DNA of 64,000 nucleotides from an uncultured virus (IMG/VR IMGVR_UViG_3300028805_000105) (lineage: Duplodnaviria > Heunggongvirae > Uroviricota > Caudoviricetes): the IMG/VR virus record IMGVR_UViG_3300028805_000105; one strand, 5' to 3'. The first letter of the stretch is position 1. Each line of letters opens with the position of its first letter. The notes below the pieces were generated by a model. That model saw only the letters and a list, made by a program, of their open reading frames with translations. It searched no databases and had not been told where the DNA came from. Both the position numbers and the translations under genes were made by a program. Shown here one piece after another: positions 37,341-45,515 of this stretch.

Positions 37341-39747
37341 ACTCTTGTTTCAAACCATTGATGAACAAATCTGCCAATTCGTCGAAATACTTCTCATCCT
37401 TGAGCGCGTCATCGACGGCCCCGGTGATTTGGTTTGCCATCGAACCTTTCTTCATGATGAGGTAGTAGAGGTAACTGTCAATGGTGCCTTGCTCGCCACG
37501 GTTGCCGATGAGTATCCAAGAGTTGACAGCGTTCTTTTGTCCGTTGCGGTGGCAGCGCGATTCACATTGCGATAGATCAGCCATGGTCCATGGCAAGTTG
37601 ATGAAAAGCACATTTGATGATGCTGTGAGCGTCAGGCCGACACCAGCCGCCTTAATTGAGCAGATGATTACACGGCGTTGTCCGGCTTGGAATGCGTCGA
37701 TAGCCGCCTGTTTCTGTGCGGCGTTCTGACGGCCCGTGACGCAGACGGCATCGGGTATTTGTTCAAGCAAGGCATCAACAATGTCGTGATGCTCGGCGAA
37801 CACCACGACGGGTTCCGATGTGTCCTGAATGAAGGAAACCGCCGCCTCAACCTTGCCTTGGCCTGACAGCTTGCGCAGGTTCATGAACTTGACCAATGCT
37901 TGCATACGCATTTTCTTGCGGACTTCCTCATCAGACATGTTGCGGTATTCCTGCAACCATGTGCGCAGGTCGTTTTCGCAAAGGTCGTATTCCTCTTTGT
38001 TGGACAATTCTGTGATGACCTTGGAGCGCGTCAGGTCGGGAAGGTCTTTGAGTACCTCCTTCTTGCCGCGACGGAAGTAGCATGAATCGTGGAGCAGGGT
38101 GTTGAGTTCAGACAGATTTTTGCCGTCGCTGTAGGTGTTCACGAAATTGGAATAGCCTCCGAAGTCGTTGATGCGTCCAAGGATGCAGAGCTGCGTTGCA
38201 AGGTCCATCGTGTCGTTGACCACAGGCGTACCCGTCAGCATGTTGATGTACTCCTTGCCGTGGCAGATGCCCATGCAGAAACGGGCGGTGGCGGTGGCCG
38301 GGTTCTTGCATCGGTGGCTCTCGTCGATGATGACCGACTTGAACAGCTTGATCACGTCCTGAAAAACGATGTCTTTGAGTTTGGCACCCTTCTCGGCCTT
38401 GACCACGAAATACTTGCGGAGCGATTCGTAGTTGACGATGACCACATCATAAAGGTTCATTTGTCCGATGAAGTAAGGGAACGTTGACTTGATGGCATCG
38501 TTGAGGATGAGCGGGCGAAGGTCGGTGAAGTTCTCCACCTCTCTTTGCCAGTTGATTTTGAGCGAGGCTGGGCAGATGACGAGGCAAGGAGTGGCCTTTG
38601 CACGGGCCACGCTGACAATGGCCTGGCCTGTGTTGTGTGTCACAATGAAATCTCGCGTGATATAAAGATGGTCTGGATGATTGATATAGATACATCTTTG
38701 TAGTTCCTGATCAGTCTCTTTCTCGATATTGACTATCGACCGGATTTTCCTTGCTTGTTTGCCGTAGATGTAAATTCGATAATTGAGAAATTTTTTGCCC
38801 TCTTTTTCATACCAACTTTCACGTTGGCAGCAACGGGCGATATAACCCAATGAGCGAGCCAGTTCACAGAAATTTTGCGCGAGCAGTGGTGATGCTGTGG
38901 AATACTCCCAAACATCGGACTTGACTACATGTCCGTCTGTCATCAACAAGCCTTCCAACAATTCTTTCCTTTCGTCGATGGAAGCATATAGGTATGCTTT
39001 CGGGATAAACTTTTCTTTTGACTTGAGTCCATAGAGTCCAAGATTTGTCAATGCGAGTTTTGTTGCGCATTGTTTCCCTTGTCCATTCGAGATATGGAAT
39101 GTCATTCCGTCTGACTCAAACTCGCTCACATGATCACCGTTATCGAGAAACTTTTCTATACGTTTGCGAATGTTATCGTTCGGTTTTGTTATTGTAACGC
39201 CATGTTTTGTAAGGCAACCGTCGCCAATAATAACACCAAGGATATAGGGGTGAATTGGGAGTTTGTCCTTCAGTGGAGTATAACGTACCGACATACAAAT
39301 TGGAATAGAATATTTGTAATTCCATCTGTCTTTGTCTGGATAGCGTTTGTCGTGGACCTGACACTTATAATCCTTCATGATTTCGGATAGTTCAAGTGTC
39401 CGATAATGGTCATTACCATGACGGAAAGCATCATTGAATGTGCGTACATTCCACAGATGATTCAGTCCACAACGAACATAAGTTCCGTCTGAGAAGGTTA
39501 GACGATAAACGTCCTTCACGCCTTGCTCATAAATGTTTGTGACGGTCGCAGCCGTTCCATCGGCAGCGATCACACAATCTCCAATTTCGAGGTTGCCCAT
39601 TGGAACCCATCCGTTGGGCGTAAGAACTGGCTCTGAATACGGTTGTTCTTTCCCCAATCCCATCTCATCGCCGTTAATGCAGCGTTTCATGGAAAGGGTC
39701 TTGGCGACACCGGCTTCTTGGTAAGGATATAAAGAGTATCTTGTCAT
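37327..39747 (-). CDS. SNF2/HARP-like helicase containing an intein
   Basis: DEMGLGK/T, DESH, LTGTP, AAGVGLTL, QCESRCHRNGQ. Confidence 0.92.
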   Translation of the reverse strand: MTRYSLYPYQEAGVAKTLSMKRCINGDEMGLGKEQPYSEPVLTPNGWVPMGNLEIGDCVIAADGTAATVTNIYEQGVKDVYRLTFSDGTYVRCGLNHLWNVRTFNDAFRHGNDHYRTLELSEIMKDYKCQVHDKRYPDKDRWNYKYSIPICMSVRYTPLKDKLPIHPYILGVIIGDGCLTKHGVTITKPNDNIRKRIEKFLDNGDHVSEFESDGMTFHISNGQGKQCATKLALTNLGLYGLKSKEKFIPKAYLYASIDERKELLEGLLMTDGHVVKSDVWEYSTASPLLAQNFCELARSLGYIARCCQRESWYEKEGKKFLNYRIYIYGKQARKIRSIVNIEKETDQELQRCIYINHPDHLYITRDFIVTHNTGQAIVSVARAKATPCLVICPASLKINWQREVENFTDLRPLILNDAIKSTFPYFIGQMNLYDVVIVNYESLRKYFVVKAEKGAKLKDIVFQDVIKLFKSVIIDESHRCKNPATATARFCMGICHGKEYINMLTGTPVVNDTMDLATQLCILGRINDFGGYSNFVNTYSDGKNLSELNTLLHDSCYFRRGKKEVLKDLPDLTRSKVITELSNKEEYDLCENDLRTWLQEYRNMSDEEVRKKMRMQALVKFMNLRKLSGQGKVEAAVSFIQDTSEPVVVFAEHHDIVDALLEQIPDAVCVTGRQNAAQKQAAIDAFQAGQRRVIICSIKAAGVGLTLTASSNVLFINLPWTMADLSQCESRCHRNGQKNAVNSWILIGNRGEQGTIDSYLYYLIMKKGSMANQITGAVDDALKDEKYFDELADLFINGLKQEYETD
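38632..39648 (-). mobile_element. Class 3-type intein with LAGLIDADG homing endonuclease (339 aa)
   Basis: Inserted in Walker A: GLGK|EQP...VTHN|T; HLW, QRCIYI, LGVIIGDG, LEGLLMTDG; visibly more AT-rich. Confidence 0.92.
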
Positions 39748-39761
39748 ATCAATCTAAAGTT

Positions 39762-40442
39762 TCATACAAACAAATACATTTTGAAAGCCAAATCCTCATA
39801 AAGTTCCTTGCCACGAAGATAAACCTCGTCACCACGAATGATTTTGAGGAAAAACACTTTGAAATTCTTCTTTGATACTGCGTAGATAAAGTCCTGATTC
39901 CCATACATTGGATTGATTGATTTTGTAAGATCCATGTACCAGGCACGGCTTCTGTTCCATTCCACAAAGTCAACTTCCGAAAGAAACTGGTCGTAAGATG
40001 TTGCAGAAGTCGTTTTCAAGTCGCCTCCGAATGTGCCAAGCCACCAATCGAAACGGCAGCGTGTCGGCAAATCGAAAGAGTAACAACCCACATCGAAATG
40101 CTGTGAGGGATTGACGAAAGCCTTTTGTGTCTCCGCGTTTTTCAGGACATAATCAAGGAACTTGTCTTTGTTAGCCTGTTTGCGCAAGGCGTTTAGCATC
40201 TTCTTTCCCCATTCCCATTCTTCCTTGGTGTACTGTTCCTCTCCGACGGTGAGCCTGAAATGGTTGCAGGTCTTCGGCTCTGTTACAAGCCCATCCACAA
40301 GTGAACCCATACGAAAGGCCTTCTTTCGGTCTTTGTCCTTGACGAAGTTGAGTTGTGGATGCAACTGGTATTTAAGAGAAGTGAGGTCGGAATTGCTAAC
40401 CTCACTTCTCGAATAATACGGGTCGAATGGATTTGTTGCCAT
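39762..40442 (-). CDS. PD-(D/E)XK exonuclease (RecE/ExoVIII-like)
   Basis: VSNSDL, GSLVD, RCRFD...DLKTT; near recT. Confidence 0.78.
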   Translation of the reverse strand: MATNPFDPYYSRSEVSNSDLTSLKYQLHPQLNFVKDKDRKKAFRMGSLVDGLVTEPKTCNHFRLTVGEEQYTKEEWEWGKKMLNALRKQANKDKFLDYVLKNAETQKAFVNPSQHFDVGCYSFDLPTRCRFDWWLGTFGGDLKTTSATSYDQFLSEVDFVEWNRSRAWYMDLTKSINPMYGNQDFIYAVSKKNFKVFFLKIIRGDEVYLRGKELYEDLAFKMYLFV

Positions 40443-40446
40443 TGGT

Positions 40447-41814
40447 TTACTTTGCTACAATGTCCTCGACATAGTGAACATGTTTGTCGATGACGGTGAT
40501 GTCATCCTTGTTCTTCAGTTTGTCGCAAGCCTTGACCATGAAGCCCAACTTCTTGTTGAGTTCCTTAAGGGTGAGCTTGGACCCTTCGTGTGTCCACCAC
40601 GCCTTAATGATGGCGATGAACCCTTCGGGGTCGTCGATTTCGATGTGCTGTGAGATTTTGGCATTGACAGGAGCGGATGTCGGAGCCATGTCGAAAAGGG
40701 TTTGCGTTTGTGCGCTGGCCTTGCGAAGCCGTTCCTCCTCTTCAAGACGCTTGCGCTCCTCGTCAAGTTTTGCCTGACGCTCACGCTCGGCTGCTTCCTC
40801 GGCTGCTTTCAATTCGGCTTCTTTTTGTTTCCGTTCCTCCTCGGCCTTACGGGCTTCTTCCTCCTTGCGCTTGCGTTCCTCCTCGGCTGCTTTCAATTCG
40901 GCTTCGCGCTTCTTTCGCTCTTCTTCATCCCTTGCCGCCTTCAGTTCGTCTTCCTTGCGCTTACGCTCTTCTTCGGCCTTGCGGGCTTCCTCTTCCTTGC
41001 GCTTGCGCTCTTCTTCAAGACGGCGTTGCTCCTGGAGTTCGGCAATCTTGGAATCAAAGATGTCCAAAAGGCTTTGTTTGTCTGAAGCAACGGATTCGGC
41101 ATAGGATTGGGTGAGCTGTGCGTTGACTTCACGATAGGCAGCGTTCATGATCTGACGCGCTTCTTCGGGGTCAACCTCTTGGGGTACCGAAGGCTTACGG
41201 GCTGCAAGATGTTCTGAAATCTTGATTTCGGTAGGGAAGTCTGTGATTTCCTTCTTGACCGTCTCGGCATTGTCAAGCGTCATAAGGCGGTATTTCTCAG
41301 ACAGGGCATTGAAAGCATCTTGCGTCTTCTCGGTTACGATTTGGTTGCAGATGGCAATCACATCGTTGTGTAGCTGCGTCTTTGCCGCCTCGATGCGGGC
41401 AAGACGCTGGCGTTCCTCTTCGGCTTTGCGCTGTTGCTCAAGTTTATAGGCGGCATATTCGTTGCGCTTCTTTTGGAGCTTGTTGATGATGCTGTCTTCT
41501 GACTTTGCGTCAAGGAAAGCCTCCATTTTTGTGAAGCCAGACCTGATGAGGTCAAACACTTGGGTCACGCCCTTACGCTTTTCTTCCATAGTCTTCTTGG
41601 TGGTCGCGGCTTTCTTGATGAAAGCTGCAATCTGCGCATCGAGTTCGTCAGTCATATTCTCTGACTGCGCAAGAAGGGATTCGCCAGCCTCTATGCAGGC
41701 TTGCAGCGACTTGTTGTTTTCTGTGATGGCAGTTGTGATGTCCGTTTTGATGGACGATGCCTTTATTGTCACCTCAGCTGCTTGCTTGGTGATAACCTGA
41801 AGTTGGTTGTCCAT
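40447..41814 (-). CDS. Long coiled-coil protein with E/R/K-rich repeats
   Basis: 455 aa; repeated EEERKRKEEEARKA. Confidence 0.75.
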   Translation of the reverse strand: MDNQLQVITKQAAEVTIKASSIKTDITTAITENNKSLQACIEAGESLLAQSENMTDELDAQIAAFIKKAATTKKTMEEKRKGVTQVFDLIRSGFTKMEAFLDAKSEDSIINKLQKKRNEYAAYKLEQQRKAEEERQRLARIEAAKTQLHNDVIAICNQIVTEKTQDAFNALSEKYRLMTLDNAETVKKEITDFPTEIKISEHLAARKPSVPQEVDPEEARQIMNAAYREVNAQLTQSYAESVASDKQSLLDIFDSKIAELQEQRRLEEERKRKEEEARKAEEERKRKEDELKAARDEEERKKREAELKAAEEERKRKEEEARKAEEERKQKEAELKAAEEAAERERQAKLDEERKRLEEEERLRKASAQTQTLFDMAPTSAPVNAKISQHIEIDDPEGFIAIIKAWWTHEGSKLTLKELNKKLGFMVKACDKLKNKDDITVIDKHVHYVEDIVAK

Positions 41815-41871
41815 TGTCTTGTCATTCTTTGCTGGTGAGTTTTTTCATCGTGCTTAAAAATATGGCTCTCT

Positions 41872-42414
41872 TCACCATTTCTTTGAAAAGCTGGCATCCT
41901 TGTTGTTGAAGATTTGGTAAAGAGAAAACTCGTTCAATTCTACTTTGCCCTGCATTGCAAACACGCATTGCGAGTTGTGACCTTTCTCGTCTTTCTTCAG
42001 GTCGGTGTCGGAACATATCAGGATAAAAGAACGCTTTTCTTTGTCACCATCGGCCCATTTGGCTATTGAGGACAATATAGAATCTACTTCTTCGCCCATC
42101 TTGTTATGCTCCATTGAATCAAAGCGCGGCTGTTTGTTAGGATTTTCGCACTCTCCGACGATTTCCCAATCCTCGCTGAGCATGTCAGTCTGTGATGCCA
42201 ACCAAGGCACCACATTGCCCTGAGCGGTTTTCATGGCTATGTACGGGCCATATTGCACATTGCACTCCTCGTTGGCTATGCTCTTTTCAAATTCAGTTCT
42301 TGCCGTATATCGGCACGCGGGGACATAATAAAGGAACATCTTTTTTCCGTTCCAGCCCTTGCGGGTTACTTTCTTGCCTTGCTTCAAGGCTTCAATTGCT
42401 TTTCCAAAGTTCAT
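41872..42414 (-). CDS. DUF2829 (Tad2/AcrIIA7-like) protein with C-terminal extension
   Basis: MNFGKAIEALKQGKKVTRKGWNGK...PYIAMK...PWLASQTDMLSEDW. Confidence 0.85.
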   Translation of the reverse strand: MNFGKAIEALKQGKKVTRKGWNGKKMFLYYVPACRYTARTEFEKSIANEECNVQYGPYIAMKTAQGNVVPWLASQTDMLSEDWEIVGECENPNKQPRFDSMEHNKMGEEVDSILSSIAKWADGDKEKRSFILICSDTDLKKDEKGHNSQCVFAMQGKVELNEFSLYQIFNNKDASFSKKW

Positions 42415-42442
42415 TTCTTTAAGATTTAAATGTTATAAATGA

Positions 42443-43327
42443 TTAGTTGTTAAAAGGATCATCGTCAGAAGTTTCAACGGTAACGCCGTTGGTTTGCGCT
42501 TCAACTGGTTGAGGTTCGGATTGAGGCTGTGGGTCTGTGTCTTTGTCTGATTCAAACGCACCACCTGCACCGATGCTGAGTTTCGGATAGCCCTTGAAGG
42601 CGTGTTTGACCGTCTTGGATTTCAGGAAGCCAGTGTCAATGTCGGAGCAATCCTGTTGATTTCCGTAGAGAGCATTTGCCTTGCCCCAATTTGATTTGCC
42701 CGAATACTGACGAAGGCGAACCATCTCGTCAGTGTCAAGTACGAAGTAGTCAACAGTGCCGTCAGCCTTGACGATGCGGACATAACAGGCAATAATCTTG
42801 GCCCCTGCCGGGCGTGGGATGGCCTTCTCATATTCAAGGAAGGATTTACCATCGCGTTCGCCAAAACGTAGGCTGTCGCAGTCATAGACAACCTTAGGAT
42901 TGTCGACGGAACGGATTTGCCCGGCACGTTGGCGAAGTACGATTTCTCCGTAGCCAGTCACAGAAATTACAGCGTGTCGCTCATAGATGTTTGTGCTTCT
43001 CTTGGTTTTCTCGTCCACCTTTTCGCCCACCTTGACCGATTTGCATTCAAGGTAGCAGGTCGTTGAAAGTCCCTTTTCAAGCGAAAGGTTGTTGATTGCA
43101 AGGAATAAAAAGGCAAAGTAAATGGATATGCCCGAGGCTTCCTTGAGCAGCTCCTTGTACGAGCCTGATGTCAGTTCATTGAGGAAAAATCCGCGTTGCT
43201 CTTCATAAAAAGCTTCGGCGTTTTGCTCACCGAACTTTTGTGAATAGACTTGAATGAACTTTTCATGAGCAATGTCGGGTATTTCTTCGTGCCGTGCGAT
43301 TTTGATTCTATCAAAGATGTTTTCCAT
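42443..43327 (-). CDS. recT: RecT-family ssDNA annealing protein
   Basis: NLSLE..YL..TGYGE..LRQRAGQI..VVYDCD..KTVKHAFK; acidic tail. Confidence 0.8.
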   Translation of the reverse strand: MENIFDRIKIARHEEIPDIAHEKFIQVYSQKFGEQNAEAFYEEQRGFFLNELTSGSYKELLKEASGISIYFAFLFLAINNLSLEKGLSTTCYLECKSVKVGEKVDEKTKRSTNIYERHAVISVTGYGEIVLRQRAGQIRSVDNPKVVYDCDSLRFGERDGKSFLEYEKAIPRPAGAKIIACYVRIVKADGTVDYFVLDTDEMVRLRQYSGKSNWGKANALYGNQQDCSDIDTGFLKSKTVKHAFKGYPKLSIGAGGAFESDKDTDPQPQSEPQPVEAQTNGVTVETSDDDPFNN

Positions 43328-43331
43328 AGCA

Positions 43332-43565
43332 TCAGTTTTTAATCATATTATCCGCAATGGCAAGGGCAAGTTTTTGATACTTGCTTTCCATCGCCCATAA
43401 TTTTGTGTTGTACTCGAAGCAACCTTTTTGATAGGCTTCAAAGATGATGTCTGCCTCGTCTTGCGAGAGTACATCGCCTGCCATTTTGTAGAAATCTTCT
43501 TTCTTGTCGGTCGGTTTGAGAGCTTTAATGGCTTTGAGGACCAATTCTTTCTTTTCTTGTTCCAT
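43332..43565 (-). CDS. Hypothetical protein
   Basis: MEQEKKEL... with A-rich leader. Confidence 0.55.
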   Translation of the reverse strand: MEQEKKELVLKAIKALKPTDKKEDFYKMAGDVLSQDEADIIFEAYQKGCFEYNTKLWAMESKYQKLALAIADNMIKN

Positions 43566-43584
43566 CGTGATAATGTTTATATGG

Positions 43585-43866
43585 TTAGTGTTTCTTGCTA
43601 TTCTCCAATGCCTTATCGACATCGGAACGCTTGTAATAGATTCGGGTTCCGAATTGCCCAAAGCGTGTGAGTAATCCCTTGCGTTCCCATCTCCACAGGG
43701 TTGCGTCCGTGATGTGAAGGTATTCCAACACCTCATCGCGCGTCATCATCCCGTCATCCTTGCTTTGCGCCTTCTCGCCAATGCGCTCGCATACTTTATC
43801 GGCTACTCTGTCCGATATGGCCTCAATGATTGAATCAAGGCCCTGCATTTGTTGTTCTATAGGCAT
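43585..43866 (-). CDS. Excisionase-like HTH DNA-binding protein
   Basis: MTRDEVLEYLHITDATLWRWERKG...RIYYKRSDV. Confidence 0.82.
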   Translation of the reverse strand: MPIEQQMQGLDSIIEAISDRVADKVCERIGEKAQSKDDGMMTRDEVLEYLHITDATLWRWERKGLLTRFGQFGTRIYYKRSDVDKALENSKKH

Positions 43867-43899
43867 ATATTGATGTTTTTTTGTTGTTTCACACAAAGA

Positions 43900-43928
43900 G
43901 ACTTCCCGCTGAGAGAAGGCGGGAAGTC
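43900..43928 (-). terminator. Hairpin downstream of the tRNA
   Basis: GACTTCCCGC/GCGGGAAGTC perfect 10-bp stem. Confidence 0.5.
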
Positions 43929-43955
43929 GGAAATATGAAAAAGAAAGTTCTATGG

Positions 43956-44032
43956 TGGTTGGGAAAAAGGGGATCGAACCCTTGACCTACGGCTTAGAAA
44001 ACCGTCGCTCTATCCGGCTGAGCTATTTCCCA
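43956..44032 (-). tRNA. tRNA-Arg(TCT)
   Basis: TGGGAAA/TTTCCCA acceptor, GCTC/GAGC D stem, ACGGT-TTTCTAA-GCCGT, AAGGG-TTCGATC-CCCTT, encoded ACCA. Confidence 0.92.
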
Positions 44033-44036
44033 TGAT

Positions 44037-44126
44037 ACGGAGACGGGAACAATAAACGATATTACAGATAAATAATCGAGTGAAAGGAACTTAGTCAACA
44101 AAAGTACAAACGCGCCCCGTCTCCGT
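44037..44126 (-). ncRNA. Stem/large-loop element L1
   Basis: Perfect 11-bp inverted repeat ACGGAGACGGG enclosing a 68-nt AT-rich loop; RNA status is inference. Confidence 0.45.
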
Positions 44127-44184
44127 TAGACGGCGGCACACGGACATGCGCCCATGTGCCTGAAAAAAATGAAAAAAATGTAAG

Positions 44185-44343
44185 CTATGAGAAGCTCCAA
44201 TTCTTACCCCTCAACGACGGGTATCGACTATAAACCTCCGCGACCAACTCTTCTTCGCTGAATATCCAACAGGAAAGGGTGCGCAGGCTCATGGTACATT
44301 TGAACCGTCCGTTGAGAAAAATATCAAATCTCCATGTTACCAT
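44185..44343 (-). CDS. Small hypothetical protein
   Basis: FDIFLNGRFKCTM...YPSLRGK. Confidence 0.55.
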   Translation of the reverse strand: MVTWRFDIFLNGRFKCTMSLRTLSCWIFSEEELVAEVYSRYPSLRGKNWSFS

Positions 44344-44521
44344 ATGCCTTTTCCTTTTTTGCATCGGCTTGTGATGCAATTGCGATTACTGCACAGGCGA
44401 CAACGGTAAGGATGTGCCACCATGCGCCTTTGATGATCACTCCGTAGAGTGCCACGGCTCCGACAATTCCAAAAATGTATTCTTGGACTTTGTCAAGGAT
44501 TAAGATTCCATTGTTTTTCAT
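44324..44521 (-). CDS. Small 2-TM membrane protein
   Basis: 65 aa, hydrophobic. Confidence 0.6.
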   Translation of the reverse strand: MKNNGILILDKVQEYIFGIVGAVALYGVIIKGAWWHILTVVACAVIAIASQADAKKEKAYGNMEI

Positions 44522-44555
44522 CTTATAAATTCTTATGGTTTAAGTCAATTATGAA

Positions 44556-44709
44556 GGGCGCGGCGTCAAAGCCGCGCCCAATAAGATTAAGATGCCGCGA
44601 CCGCCCTCACATAGTTACTGCTGTTCTTGCTGATGTTGTCGGAGCCGAAACTGGTAAAGCCGACGTACCATGCGATGTCACTATTATACTCCGAGGAACT
44701 CCAGTAGCC
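44556..44709 (-). repeat. DGR variable repeat VR2 plus IMH and GC hairpin
   Basis: Homologous to 27818-27968; hairpin GGGCGCGGC-TTTGAC-GCCGCGCCC. Confidence 0.9.
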
Positions 44710-45066
44710 ATCATCTGTTTTCAACTCATCGCCTCCTGCTTCTACGAGGCATTTGTTGACTTCATCTTTGTAGACCATAACAAGAAGCCATTGTTGAATG
44801 GTCGGCATCTTGTATTTCTTCATGGCATCCCTCCAGTTCATCTGCTTGCCGCCTTCCGCATCGTGAAGGTCGAGGATGAAACTTTGGTCAAGCGTTTGGA
44901 TAAGAATGCCGTCGGCGTTGCCGTTTTCGTCGTAGTGGATACTGACGGGCTTCTTTGTGCTTGTGGTGACTTCTTCGGCTGTCGGATTATCGTTCAGCCA
45001 TGCGTAGATTTGCTTCGCTTTTTCGAGGTCGAAGTTCACTTGTTTGAGGATTTCTTCTTTTTCCAT
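44587..45066 (-). CDS. Small C-type-lectin-fold (DUF1566-like) protein, second DGR target
   Basis: MNWRDA..MPT..QW...YWSSSEY...AW...YVRAVAAS. Confidence 0.85.
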   Translation of the reverse strand: MEKEEILKQVNFDLEKAKQIYAWLNDNPTAEEVTTSTKKPVSIHYDENGNADGILIQTLDQSFILDLHDAEGGKQMNWRDAMKKYKMPTIQQWLLVMVYKDEVNKCLVEAGGDELKTDDGYWSSSEYNSDIAWYVGFTSFGSDNISKNSSNYVRAVAAS

Positions 45067-45097
45067 ATCGTTAAGTTTTAGTGGATTGTCACAAAAA

Positions 45098-45160
45098 GGG
45101 CATGGAGGATGGATAATAAATCAAACATTTACGATGAGTTGCGGCATTGCCTCCATGCCC
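45098..45160 (-). ncRNA. Stem/large-loop element L2
   Basis: Perfect 11-bp inverted repeat GGGCATGGAGG enclosing 41 nt. Confidence 0.45.
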
Positions 45161-45230
45161 GTCCGCCATGTGGAGCCTCGCGGCTGCTTTTGCGGTCCAA
45201 TGCCGTGTGATTGCAAAAGTACGTTTGTGG

Positions 45231-45321
45231 TGAAGGGCTGCAACATGGGATGAAATTTGAAATCTTTCCTAAAAACAAAACTCTTGAATCTATGACAACA
45301 AAAAAGACTTGCAGCCCTTCA
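45231..45321 (-). ncRNA. Stem/large-loop element L3
   Basis: Perfect 13-bp inverted repeat TGAAGGGCTGCAA enclosing a 65-nt AT-rich loop. Confidence 0.45.
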
Positions 45322-45323
45322 AG

Positions 45324-45454
45324 TGGGCGGTCGGGGAGTCGAACCCCGCAATGGTGGTAGGTGCCGAACAGACCCGCGAGTAATCCTAAGTTTCATTGTC
45401 CGCTCGCGGTTCATCATGCACTGCTGCCTCTCCTCGTAGCAGCCTATCCCGCCC
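45324..45454 (-). ncRNA. tRNA-like RNA A (acceptor + T arm, expanded interior)
   Basis: GGGCGG/CCGCCC acceptor, CGGGG-TTCGACT-CCCCG T arm, internal stems GCTGC/GCAGC and CCGCGAG/CTCGCGG. Confidence 0.6.
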
Positions 45455-45515
45455 CAATTGCCCGCTGTACCTTCCCACGGCCGCAGACTGCGGAGGCCTT
45501 GGCGGGCGGTTTGTG

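Noticed and set aside
43956..44032. Possible amber suppressor tRNA (CTA within the loop) implying stop-codon recoding
   Set aside because: The 7-nt loop TT-TCT-AA places TCT at the anticodon, and TAG terminates genes normally (e.g. 3236, 20411, 28426)
44587..44709. VR2 acting as template for VR1
   Set aside because: VR2 has non-A bases where VR1 has A (e.g. GGC vs AAC, GAC vs AAC) and vice versa, so neither can be the template
44449..45081. 210-aa plus-strand ORF enclosing the second DGR target (possible nested gene)
   Set aside because: No recognisable motifs or good start context; best explained as an antisense shadow
44037..45321. Inverted repeats as IS/MITE ends or invertible promoters
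   Set aside because: The three repeats are unrelated in sequence, with no target-site duplications, transposase or adjacent invertase
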